Assembly (NCBI RefSeq): GCF_006345805.1
Contig: NW_021836901.1
Coordinates: 1 to 22,625 of the forward strand
DNA: 22,625 nt
Source: Octopus sinensis
Lineage: Eukaryota
Direction: 5' to 3'
Part shown: positions 8,864 through 18,748 of the stretch, in pieces
How the letters are laid out: every line of letters starts with the position of its first letter
How positions within the stretch are numbered: position 1 is the stretch's first letter
The notes under the pieces: model-generated
The model's database searches: none
What the model was told of the DNA's origin: nothing
Seen by the model: only the letters and a program-made list of their open reading frames with translations
Position numbers and translations under genes: made by a program

Positions 8864-9305
8864 CAGTAGTTTTATTTTTATTGCTTGCTTTCACTTCACT
8901 ACTGAGCGCAGCTCTGTGTGCCTTGGGTATGTGCTGTGATTTGTTGTGATGCTCTGATGGTTATTGTATGGAAAGTGTTCTGCGTAGGATGTGTGCAGTG
9001 CCTAGTAGTGCAATTTTCTGTATGTTTATGTGTTTGTAAGTCCTGGTGGTTTTTGTTATGTATTTGTCTGAATATTTTTTTTCATGTCTAATGCACCTAC
9101 TATGATAGGATGTTTCTGTTTTTAGATTCCACATTCTGGTTACCTCTATTTCCAGGTCTTTGTATTTTGAGAGTTTCTCCATTTCTTTTAGAGACACGTT
9201 GTCATCTGCCGGTATTGATACATCAATTAGAAAGCATTTTTTTCTTCATGATCTCTGACAACTATATCTGGTCTGTTGGCCTTAATTTCTCTATCTGTGT
9301 GTATC

Positions 9306-9306
<1 letters not shown>
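8864..9306 (-). mobile_element. 5'-truncated R4/Dong-type retrotransposon, copy B (different subfamily, frameshifted)
   Basis: IHTDREIKANRPDIVVRDHEEKKCFLIDVSIPADDNVSLKEMEKLSKYKDLEIEVTRMWNLKTET / frameshifts / NIQKIALLGTAHILRRTLSIQ*. The 3' UTR differs from copy A. Ends in (TAA)n. Confidence 0.88.
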
Positions 9307-9373
<67 letters not shown>

Positions 9374-9380
9374 TTTATTG

Positions 9381-9455
<75 letters not shown>

Positions 9456-9590
9456 TTATTATTATTTTTATTTTTATTATTATTATTATTATTATTTTTA
9501 TTTTTATTATTATTATTATCGTTATTATTATTATTATCGTTATTATTATTATTATTATTATGATTATTATTATTTATTGTTGTTATTTTA
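9307..9590. repeat. (TTA)n microsatellite, ~280 bp
   Basis: Direct reading, with scattered ttt/tcg/tca variants. Confidence 0.95.
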
Positions 9591-9699
9591 ATAGTGAAAT
9601 TCTTGTTGTTATTGTTTTTGCCCTGGTTCCTGGTGACATTAATGATTGTCTGGATGTCTTTGCTGTTGATTTACCGGTGAATAATGACTGATAATAATA

Positions 9700-9828
9700 G
9701 TGATGGCGGTGGTGGTGGTGGATGTAATCGTAGTAGTGATGGTGGTAGTGACGGTCTTGGTAATGCTGCTGCTAATGATGGTAATGACGACTGTAGTGGT
9801 GGTGATGGTAATGAGGATGGTTGAGCGA

Positions 9829-9862
<34 letters not shown>

Positions 9863-10064
9863 GGTGGGGCGATGGTAATGATGATGATGGTGGTGATTGT
9901 GGGGGGATATTGATGGTGGTGGTGATGATGGTGGTGGTGATAATGATCTTAATGGTGATGTTCGTGATGATGATGATGATGATATGATATGATGATGGTG
10001 ATGATGATGATGATGATGATGGTGATGATGGTGATGATGATGATGATGATGATTATGCTATGAT

Positions 10065-10121
<57 letters not shown>

Positions 10122-10320
10122 GTGATGATGATGGTGATATGATGGTGATGGTGATGGTGATGATGATGATGATGATGATGATGATGGTGATGATGGTGAT
10201 GATGGTGATGATGGTGATGATGGTGGTGGTGGTGGTGGTGGTGGTGGTGGTGGTGTGGTTGTGGGGGAGATGACGACGACGATGATGATGATGATGGTGG
10301 TGGTAGTGGTGGTGATGATG
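9700..10320. repeat. (GAT)n/(GGT)n mixed trinucleotide array
   Basis: Direct reading. Confidence 0.95.
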
Positions 10321-10576
10321 AAATCACTGGTCCCTGATTTTTATTGTTGCTGAGACTGAGGAAGGAAGGGACGTGGGGGTGTGTGTAAAGGGGGAAGGGA
10401 TTTTTTTTTGTCTTGTTTCCTTTTGAGCTTCTCTCCATCCCTGCTTTCACATGAATCACCGAGGGTTGTGGTGGGGATGTTAATCGAGGTGGTGGTGGTG
10501 TTATATAAGAGGTGGAATTGGTGTATAAAAGGAAGAGGATGTTGGGAGACGGGAGAGGATATGAGGAAGAGGAAGT

Positions 10577-10607
<31 letters not shown>

Positions 10608-10644
10608 AGGTTGGAGGTGGAATGACTGTGGAGATGACAGCCTC

Positions 10645-10867
10645 ATCACTACCATCACCACTATCACCACCACCACCTCTACCACCATCACCACCACCAC
10701 TAACATCACCACCATCACCTCCACCACCACTAACATCACTACCACCATCACCACCACCACCACCACCAACGCCACCACAACCATCACCACCACCACCACA
10801 ACCATCACCACCACCACCACCACCACCACCACCACCACCACCACCACCACCACCACCACCACCACCA
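10645..10867. repeat. (ACC)n/(ATC)n trinucleotide array
   Basis: Direct reading; it is the reverse-complement motif class of 9700-10320. Confidence 0.95.
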
Positions 10868-11413
10868 CAGACATCCTTTGATTACCTCTTTTCCTTCCGT
10901 ACCCCCACTACCACCATTGAGCACTAATCCTCCCCACGTTCTCCCCCCCCCGTTCTTCACCTTGTTACCCGGCACCCCTCGTTGCTCCAACTTTTCCTGT
11001 GTTACAACGAAACGAAACCACTGCCGAGTACAGTTGAATATGTGCAATAACATTAACAACAATGGGAACAGCGGTGCTGTTTGTCCCCTTTTTATAACAA
11101 GGGGCTTTAATGAAACTCTCTTCTTCCCCAACCTTAAACATCCGAGACCCTTCATTTGCACCTGCAACCCTACCCGTCCCCTGTGCTAAGATTAACTTAC
11201 TTTGTACTCCTATTCTCTCCCCCCCCCGTTGCCTTTCCCCCTCTTGCTTCTCCTCCTGCCCCTGCTGCTACCTCGTAAATTTGTCATGATACCTTTTGTC
11301 CCCTTAAAATACAATTGCTAATTGTTAATAAATATATCATGTACAGTGATAACATACATACGCATATATATATGTGTCTTTGTGTGTGTACACGTACATA
11401 TGAATATAAATAT

Positions 11414-11585
11414 ATTCTTTTATTTGTTTCTGTCATTTAACTGTGGCCATGCTGGGGCACCGCCTTTCGACCCCAGGACTTTGTTTTTGTAAGTCTGGTT
11501 CTTATTCTGTCTTTTGCTGAACTGCTAAATTATAGGGATATTAACACACCGAGATCGGTTGTCAGGTAATAGTGAAAGGACACGC
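11414..11585 (-). mobile_element. Old SINE A 3' half
   Basis: ttcttttatttgtttctgtcatttaactgtggccatgctggggcaccgcc...atcggttgtcagg aligns with the SINE A tail and body. Confidence 0.75.
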
Positions 11586-11930
11586 TTACTCACACACACA
11601 CACACACACACACATATAGGTACAATATGTTCTTTGTCTATCTCCTTAACTTCTTGGAGATTTTAGGTATAATTATACTAATGTATCCATCTGTTCTAAT
11701 ATAATTAAATTCTATGTCTTTGTGCAGCTGAAGATTGCTCTACATTTTAAATTGATGTAATGATTGCATTGTTCAATTAAATGGAGTTGCATGAAACGAT
11801 TGTACTGCATTGCCTTCGGATATCCTTGTTGCTTATTTTGATTTTAATCACCTTATTTTGAAATTGTATGGATAATACCGTACTAAATTCTGGTGCCTCA
11901 ACTTAAGTACCATATTCATCTGAATCTTGA

Positions 11931-12430
11931 GATCTCTGGAGATATGCTGTGACTGCAAAGACCCGGGCTGCTTCCTGCACCAGTTCCGCATAACCCCTGC
12001 CCATCCAAAGTACCTTGGATTTCAGAACATCCCGCTGTGCTTGAGGAGACCTATTGAGTCAAGTACATGAACATCGAAATAAATATCAATGGAAATAGTA
12101 GTTGTGATACCTGTGCCGGTGGCACATAAAAAGCACCATCCGAACGTGGCCGATGCTAGTGCCGCCTTGACTGGCTTCCATGCCGGTGGCACGTTAAAAG
12201 CACCAACCGATCGTGGCTGCTGCCAGACTCACCTGGCACCTGTGCCGGTGGCACGTAAAAAGCACCCACTACACTCGTAGAGTGGTTGGCGTTTGGAAGG
12301 GCATCCAGCTGTAGAAACTCTGCCAGGTCAGACTGGAGCCTGGTGCAGCCTCCTGGCTTCCCAGACCCCGGTCGAACCGTCCAACCCATGCTAGCATGGA
12401 AAACAGACGTTAAACGATGATGATGATGAT
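11931..12430 (+). mobile_element. 3' end of an RTE-type LINE (family C): ORF C-terminus, 3' UTR and (GAT)n tail
   Basis: 11931-11993 translates DLWRYAVTAKTRAASCTSSA*, resembling a DRxxWR..V-type terminus. The UTR has three GCCGGTGGCAC..AAAAGCACC motifs, tggcgtttggaagggcatccagc, and ends aaacagacgttaaacGATGATGAT. The clade assignment is by recalled similarity. Confidence 0.6.
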
Positions 12431-12485
12431 ATGTATATATATATATATCTGTCTATCTATCTATCTATATATATCTATCTATAGA

Positions 12486-12633
12486 TGGTTGGCGTTAGGA
12501 AGGGCATCCATCTGTAGAAACACTGCCAGACCAGACTGGAGCCTGGTGCAGCCTCCTGGCTTCCCAGACCCCGGTCGAACCGTCCAACCCATGCTAGTGT
12601 GGAAAACGGATGTTAAACGATGATGATGATGAT
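12486..12633 (+). mobile_element. Second copy of the family C 3' terminal ~150 bp
   Basis: Near-identical to 12284-12430 and separated from it by a (TA)/(TATC) tract. Confidence 0.85.
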
Positions 12634-12649
12634 GTATATATACACACAC

Positions 12650-12690
<41 letters not shown>

Positions 12691-12719
12691 CACAACACAC
12701 ACACATATATATATATTAT

Positions 12720-12755
<36 letters not shown>

Positions 12756-12759
12756 ATTA

Positions 12760-12900
12760 TCATTTAATGTCTGTCTTCCATGCTGACATTAGATGGACAG
12801 TTTGACAGGATGATAGGATTCAGTAAGTGAGAGGGCTGCACTGAGTACCAATATCTGCTTTGGCATGGTTCTGTAACAGGATGATCTTCCTCACATCAAC
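12760..12900 (-). mobile_element. Diverged family C-like 3' tail
   Basis: catttaatgtctgtcttccatgctg...gctttggcatggttct...aggatgatcttcct is a degenerate reverse complement of the family C tail. Confidence 0.5.
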
Positions 12901-13182
12901 ACATACACACACATCAACACATACACATGCACACACACACACACACACTCACTCTTGTACACACAGAACTACTCACACACACAAGTTCAAACTTGAATTG
13001 CCAGTGGTGTAACACTTGAAACTATGCTCTATTCTTACCATATCCTGTTTTATCTAGGGGTCACAAGATGATAGGTGGTAGGGGTTAATTTCTGTAAGTC
13101 ACTCGACCCTTTGAAGTAAATAGACTCTAAGTGCCATTCCTTAAGCTGATTAGGGATTTGAAGATTAGGCTTAATTAATTAA

Positions 13183-13393
13183 CCCTTTAGTGTTCACATT
13201 ATTCTGCCAAAATTAATCCTTTTTTATCCACATTGTTTTGAACTAATCATGCATTATCTTGTAGCTTTGAGATTTTGATGAGGTAGCTGTTAATTTTTTA
13301 AAAGATATTGTAGGGTTGGTGTGAGAGACCAGATCTGGCCAGTTTGAACATAAAACAGGCAGAATACTTTTGGCCAGTTTAGATGCTAAAGGG
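13183..13393. mobile_element. piggyBac-type MITE (211 bp)
   Basis: TTAA (13179-13182) | CCCTTTAG ... CTAAAGGG | TTAA (13394-13397). A TTAA TSD with CCC/GGG termini is the established piggyBac signature. Confidence 0.8.
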
Positions 13394-13430
13394 TTAAAGT
13401 TGTCCTTGCAAATCTTCATGGTATTGTATA

Positions 13431-13853
13431 CTCTTTTACTCTTTACTCTTTTCCTTGTTTCAGTCATTTGACTGCGGCCATGCTGGAGCACCGCCTTTAG
13501 TTGAGCAAATCGACCCCGGAACTTATTCTTTGTAAGCCCAGTACTTATTCTACCGGTCTCTTTTGCTGAACCGCTAAGTGACGGGAACGTAAACACACCA
13601 GCATCGGTTGTCAAGCAATGCTATGGGACAAACACAGACACACAAACATATACACACACACATACATATATTTATATATATACATATATACGACAGGCTT
13701 CTTTCAGTTTCCGTCTACCAAAACCACTCACAAGGCTTTGGTTGGCCCAAGGCTATAGCAGAAGACACTTGCCCAAGGTGCCACGCAGTGGGACTGAACC
13801 CAGAACCATGTGGTTGGTAGGCAAGCTACTTACCACATAGCCACTCCTGCGCC
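13431..13853 (-). mobile_element. Full-length SINE A
   Basis: Complete head (GGCGCAGGAGTGGCTATGTGGTAAG...GGTTCAGTCCC), internal microsatellite and (GTAAAAGA)n-like tail. Confidence 0.92.
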
Positions 13854-13917
13854 TATATAAATAAATATATCAGAGTATTACAGTATTGATCAGAACATCA
13901 GATGCTGTTATACCTTA

Positions 13918-14250
13918 CTGGTCACAATGCACTTCCAATTTTGTCTTCATTATGTCATTCTTTCCCATCTTGACCCAAATCGCTTGACTAAGTTGTCTTC
14001 TCACTGTCATGAAGGCTTTCCAAGGGGCCTTTTCCAATCTCTTGGATATCACTCAGCAACTGCACATGTCCACCTCTTGTCTATGGACCTTGTGACATGT
14101 CCGATCCCCTGGAACTTGTGCTTTTGGTACACTGCAATTACATCGTTCACTCTGCTCCATTCTTGAATTATCCCATTTTGAGTTTGCTCTCTTAGTGGTG
14201 TTTCTAACATGGATCTTTCTATAGCCAACCAATATTCTATCCTCTTCGTA
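13918..14250 (-). mobile_element. Decayed RTE-clade LINE, RT C-terminal region
   Basis: My translation is VNDVIAVYQKHKFQGIGHVTRSIDKRWTCAVAE*YPRDWKRPLGKPS*Q*EDNLVKRFGSRWERMT. It matches the RTE pattern W.GH..R..D.RW.....W.PR..KR..GRP..RW, with stops at expected W/R codons. Confidence 0.8.
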
Positions 14251-14266
14251 TATTATATGTCTACAT

Positions 14267-14437
14267 GGGTGCAGGAGTGGCTGTGTGGTAAGTAGCTTGC
14301 TTACCAAACACATGGTTCCGGGTTCAGTCCCACTGCGTGGCCTTGGGCAAGTGTCTTCTACTATAGCCTTGGGCCGACAAAAGCCTTGTGAGTGGATTTG
14401 GTAGACGGAAACTGAAAGAAGCCCGTCATATTATGTG

Positions 14438-14516
<79 letters not shown>

Positions 14517-14735
14517 CGTGTATGTTTATGTGTCTGTGGTTGTCCCCCACCAACATTGCTTGACAACTGATGCTGGTGTGTTTATGTACCCGTCACTTAG
14601 CGGTTCGGCAAAAGAGACCGATAGAATAAGTACTGGGCTTACAAAGAATAAGTCCCAGGGTAGAGTTGCTTGACTAAAGGCGGTGCTCCAGCATGGCCGC
14701 AGTCAACTGACTGAAACAAGTAAAAGAGTAAAAGA
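14267..14735 (+). mobile_element. Full-length SINE A with a long internal (TA)n
   Basis: GGGTGCAGGAGTGGCTGTGTGGTAAG...GGTTCAGTCCC head, (TA)n at about 14443-14510, tail AAACAAGTAAAAGAGTAAAAGAG. Confidence 0.92.
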
Positions 14736-14982
14736 GATATATTAATTATCTGCCTCTTAGCATTTACCATTTTTCAAGCATACAAGTTGGTATAGCATGT
14801 AGTATAAACATATAGTGTAAACATTGAAAATATAATTTCTGTCTTTCCAAATCCTGCTGCTTTTCACATGGGATTTTTGGTCATTCAAAATCATTTTGGT
14901 GTATAAGTCAACCCATCTTTTGGGGCTGTAAATTTCAGGCAGAAAAATCCAACTTGCCTGCAAGAAAATACAGGGTGTTATG

Positions 14983-15102
14983 TTAGGACATGCACACAGG
15001 GTGGAGAACTGCACTCCCAACCACACCAAGGGAAAAGAAACCGTGGAAGACCTAGACTGAGGTCCAAAGATACTGCAAAAAGGAATATGAAGTAGAAAGG
15101 AA
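14983..15102 (+). mobile_element. Decayed RTE-like RT C-terminal fragment (left part; appears to continue at ~16417-16480)
   Basis: LGHAHRVEN / frameshift / GKRNRGRPRLRSKDTAKRNMK*KGI. After the Helitron the sequence reads QEI / PVWRKFIKS, the expected DRxxWR-type continuation. Confidence 0.6.
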
Positions 15103-15148
15103 TCTCTATATATATAAACGGCAAAATGTCTGTGTGTGTGTCCTTTAT

Positions 15149-15453
15149 CACCGTCACCGTGATCACCGTGACCGACCAGGCTGTCAGATGTTGCTACACA
15201 TTGCTGGTCACAATGCGCTACGCATTGTTTTAGCCTTCAAATGACACCACCGTGCTGGCTAAGCGAGCAGGCCAACAGAAGAAAGAGTGAGAGAAAGACT
15301 ACAGCATGGACTGCCACCACCCCCTGCCGGAGCATCGTGGAACTTTAGGTGTTTTTGCTCAATAAACACTCACATCGCCCGGTCTGGGAAACGAAACTGC
15401 GATCCTAAGACCACGAGTCTGCTGCCCTAACCACTGGGTCATTGCGCCTCCAC
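15149..15453 (-). mobile_element. tRNA-derived SINE family D with an 11-bp TSD
   Basis: Minus-strand head GTGGAGGCGCAATGACCCAGTGGTTAGGGCAGCAGACTCGTGGTC..GTTTCGTTTCCC (tRNA-like, possibly Arg-related) and tail (CACGGTGA)n. TSD GTGTCCTTTAT at 15138-15148 and 15454-15464. Confidence 0.85.
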
Positions 15454-15492
15454 GTGTCCTTTATACAAGTCCACAATTTTTCAGTTAGAGGG

Positions 15493-16283
15493 CTCACACT
15501 TTCTATGGTCATTCAAAACCGTCCAAGGGTGGTCGTGCACATCTTTACATTTCCCCAGTCACCCTGCAAAGCCATTAAAAAATCAATAGAAGTGACGTTT
15601 TCGTGAATTTTCTATCCAAAACCCAATGAAAATGCCCGAAACTTGATACGACTCACATTTTCTATGGTCATTCAAAAACGTCCAAGGGTGGTCGTGCACA
15701 TCTTTACGTTCCCCAGTCACCCCGCAAAGCCATTAAAAAATCAATAGAAGTGAGACGTTTTCGTGAATTTTCTATCCAAAACCAATGAAAATGCCCGAAA
15801 CTTGATACGACTCACATTTTCTATGGTCATTCAAAACCGTCCAAGGGTGGTCGTGCACATCTTTACATTTCCCCAGTCACCCTGCAAAGCCATTAAAAAA
15901 TCAATAGAAGTGACGTTTTCGTGAATTTTCTATCCAAAACCCAATCAAAATGCCCGAAACTTGATACGACTCACACTTTCTATGGTCATTCAAAAACGTC
16001 CAAGGGTGGTCGTGCACATCTTTACGTTTCCCCAGTCACCCCGCAAAGCCATTAAAAAATCAATAGAAGTGACTTTTTTGTGAATTTTCTATCCAAAACC
16101 CAATGAAAATGCCCGAAACTTGATACGACTCACACTTTCTATGGTCATTCAAAAACGTCCAAGGGTGGTCGTGCACATCTTTACGTTTCCCCAGTCACCC
16201 CGCAAAGCCATTAAAAAATCAATAGAAGTGACTTTTTTGTGAATTTTCTATCCAAAACCCAATCAAAATGCTTGAAGCTTGAT
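15493..16283 (+). repeat. Tandem repeat, 159-bp unit x5
   Basis: Unit starts (ctcaca(c/t)tttctatgg) at 15493, 15652, 15811, 15970 and 16129, an exact 159-bp spacing; units are highly similar. Confidence 0.97.
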
Positions 16284-16575
16284 GCACCAATTGAATGCCA
16301 GCTAGCTGTATGTGATTGGTCGGGGATTTTGGACAGTACTCGCATGTATGTGCGCACGCATGCAGCTGTATATGCATGCACTAACACTATGACCCTGCAA
16401 CACCGGGGTCATAGTGCAGGAAATACCAACCAGTGTGGAGAAAGTTTATCAAGTCATGCCAAAGCCATGAAGAGTCATAGTCGCAACGACTGATTTCTAA
16501 TGATATATATATGTGCGTGTGCTTGTGTGTGTGCATGTGTGTGTGTGTGTGTGATCATCATCATCATCATTTAAC

Positions 16576-16824
16576 TATTTCTTTACTACCCACAAGGGGC
16601 TAAACACAGAGAGGACAAACAAGGACAGACAAACGGATTAAGTCAATTATATCGACCCCAGTGCGTAACTGGTACTTATTTAATCGACCCCGAAAGGATG
16701 AAAGGCAAAGTCGACCTCAGCGGAATTTGAACTCAGAACGTAGCGGCAGATGAAATACCGCTAGGTATTTCATCCGGCGTGCTAACGTTTCTGCCAGCTC
16801 GCCGCCTTCTGCCAGTTTGCCGCC
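16576..16824 (-). mobile_element. Full-length SINE B monomer with a short duplicated 5' end
   Basis: Reverse complement of the B consensus over 16576-16806; ttctgccagtttgccgcc (16807-16824) duplicates the head. Confidence 0.9.
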
Positions 16825-16825
16825 T

Positions 16826-17030
16826 TCATCATCATTTGACGTCTGCTTTTCATGCTAGCATGGGTTAGATGGTTTGACTGAAACTGGTAAGCTGTAGGGC
16901 TACACCTGCTTCCAATCTGGTTTGACATGGTTTCTACCGTTAGAATCCCTTCCGAACACCAATCACTCCAAGAGTGTAATCGGTGCTTATTACGTGCCAC
17001 CAGAACAGGTGCCAGTTATGTGCCACCAGC
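16826..17030 (-). mobile_element. Diverged family C 3' end
   Basis: catcatcatttgacgtctgcttttcatgctagcatgggtt...cccttccgaacaccaatcactc...ggtgcttattacgtgccacc is the reverse complement of the family C UTR and tail. Confidence 0.7.
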
Positions 17031-17086
17031 ATCAACCAATCCCAAACTGAGCGACTACAAGGCCTCCTCTGTCACAAGATGTAGGA

Positions 17087-17466
17087 GAAATGCTTAGCGG
17101 TATTTCATCTGCCACTACGTTCTGAGTTCAAATTCCGCCGAGGTTGACTTTGCTTTTCATCCTTTCAGGGTCGATAAATTAAATACCAGTTACGCACTGG
17201 GGCCGATGTAATCGATTTAATCCATTTATCTGTCCTTGTTTGTCCCTTCTATGTTTAGCCCCTTGTGGGTAGTAAAGAAATAGGTATTTCATCTGCCACT
17301 ATGTTCTGAGTTCAAATTCCGCCGAGGTCGACTTTGCTTTTCATCCTTTCGGGGTCGATAAATTAAATACCAGTTACGCACTGGGGCCGATGTAATCGAC
17401 TTAATCCATTTGTCTGTCCTTGTTTGTCCTTTCTATGTTTAGCCCCTTGTGGGTAGTAAAGAAATA
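17087..17466 (+). mobile_element. SINE B, 5'-truncated dimer (2 x 184 bp)
   Basis: Units 17099-17282 and 17283-17466, joined at AAAGAAATA|GGTATTTC. Confidence 0.9.
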
Positions 17467-17596
17467 TATATCGTTGCTCAAGGTGCTAAAAATAGCAGCA
17501 AGATCTCCTCTAACTCATCCTTTACGGTTGTTAAAAACAAAATGAAATTGGATAATGTTGTTCTAGATGTACCATGTCTTTTCATTACCACCCCAA

Positions 17597-17775
17597 AACA
17601 CCACCACCACCACCACCACCATACCACCACCACACCACCACCACCACCATCACCACCACCGCCACCACCACCACCATCACCTCCACCACCACCATCACCA
17701 CCATCACCACCACCACCACAACCACCACCACCACCACCACCACCACTATCCCCACCACCACCATCACCACCACCA
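17597..17775. repeat. (ACC)n/(ATC)n trinucleotide array
   Basis: Direct reading. Confidence 0.95.
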
Positions 17776-17843
17776 TGCAAATAGGGTGGTCATGGTTGGA
17801 TTGTCTGTGATCACAGGGTCATGGCTGATCTGAGGCTAAACTA

Positions 17844-17875
<32 letters not shown>

Positions 17876-18187
17876 AACAGAGGAAATCCTATGCTAAAAA
17901 TAGCAGCAAAATGTTTTTGAAATCACACTTTACTGTCTTAAAAAATATAGGAAGGACATCGGAATATTGTACTTTTAGGTGTGTGAAAAGATGGGATGGT
18001 CTTAGCTGGAATGCCTTTCATTTTCAGTTTACACTTTTAAGCCTGACCTAGGACTAAACATCAACAACGATAGCAGCAATAATTTGTTTCATTATCAATT
18101 TTGATTAAATTAATTTGGTGACAGAAATAACGAGCTGTGTTCGTTCAGGCTTCAACAGACTGCACGTGCCTCAGTGATCTTCTTTGT

Positions 18188-18748
18188 TACTCTTTTACTC
18201 TTTTACTTGTTTCAGTCATTTGACTGCGGCCATGCTGGAGCACCGCCTTTAGTCGAGCAAATCGACCCCGGGACTTATTCTTTTTGTAAGCCCAGTACTT
18301 ATTCTATCGGTCTCTTTTGCCGAACCGCTAAGTGATGGGGACGTAAACACACCAGCATCGGTTGTCAAGCAATGATGGGGGGGACAAACACACATACGCA
18401 TATATATATATATATATACACGACAGGCTTCTTTCAGTTTCCGTCTACCAAATCCACTCACAAGGCATTGGTCGGCCCGGGGCTATAGCAGTAGACACTT
18501 GCCCAAGATATCACGCAGTGGGTCTGAACCCGGAACCATGTGGTTGGTAAGCAAGCTACTTACCACACAGCTACCCACATATATACGACGGGCTTTTTTC
18601 AGTTTCCGTCTACCAAATCCACTCACAAAGCATTGGTTGGCCCGGGGCTATAGCAGAAGACACTTGCCTGAGATGCCACACAGTGGGACTGAACCCGGGA
18701 CCATGTGGTTGGTTAGCAAGCTACTTACCACACAGCCACTCCTGCGCC
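18188..18748 (-). mobile_element. SINE A with a tandemly duplicated 5' half
   Basis: Tail at 18188, near-complete copy to about 18572, then a second 5' half (18580-18748) ending at ...CCACTCCTGCGCC. Confidence 0.88.

Larger units (their letters stand above)
15103..16416 (+). mobile_element. Non-autonomous Helitron-like element carrying a 159-bp tandem array
   Basis: 5' A|TCTCTATATATATAAACGGCAAAATGTCTGTGTGTG is a typical Helitron start. The 3' hairpin is CACTATGACCC-tgcaacaccg-GGGTCATAGTG (16385-16416). The terminal CTAG is missing. Confidence 0.65.

Noticed and set aside
9110-10927. Poly-Tyr/Ile/Leu/His/Val/Pro ORFs
   Set aside because: Translations of trinucleotide arrays that lack stops in some frames.
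10878-11189. Cys-containing 103-aa ORF
   Set aside because: No recognisable motif, no supported start or splice signals, and it begins in low-complexity sequence.
11852-11953. Minus-strand peptide QMNMVLKLRHQNLVRYY resembling kinase subdomain IV, with possible AG/GT borders
   Set aside because: Its 5' part and acceptor lie inside the family C LINE end, the donor is weak, and no other kinase exon is visible; probably chance.
14267-14340. tRNA genes at SINE heads (also 13780-13853, 15380-15453, 22047-22135)
   Set aside because: No complete cloverleaf, and each continues into a multicopy SINE body.
15493-16283. CRISPR-like array
   Set aside because: Whole 159-bp units repeat with no unique spacers, there are no cas genes, and the context is eukaryotic.
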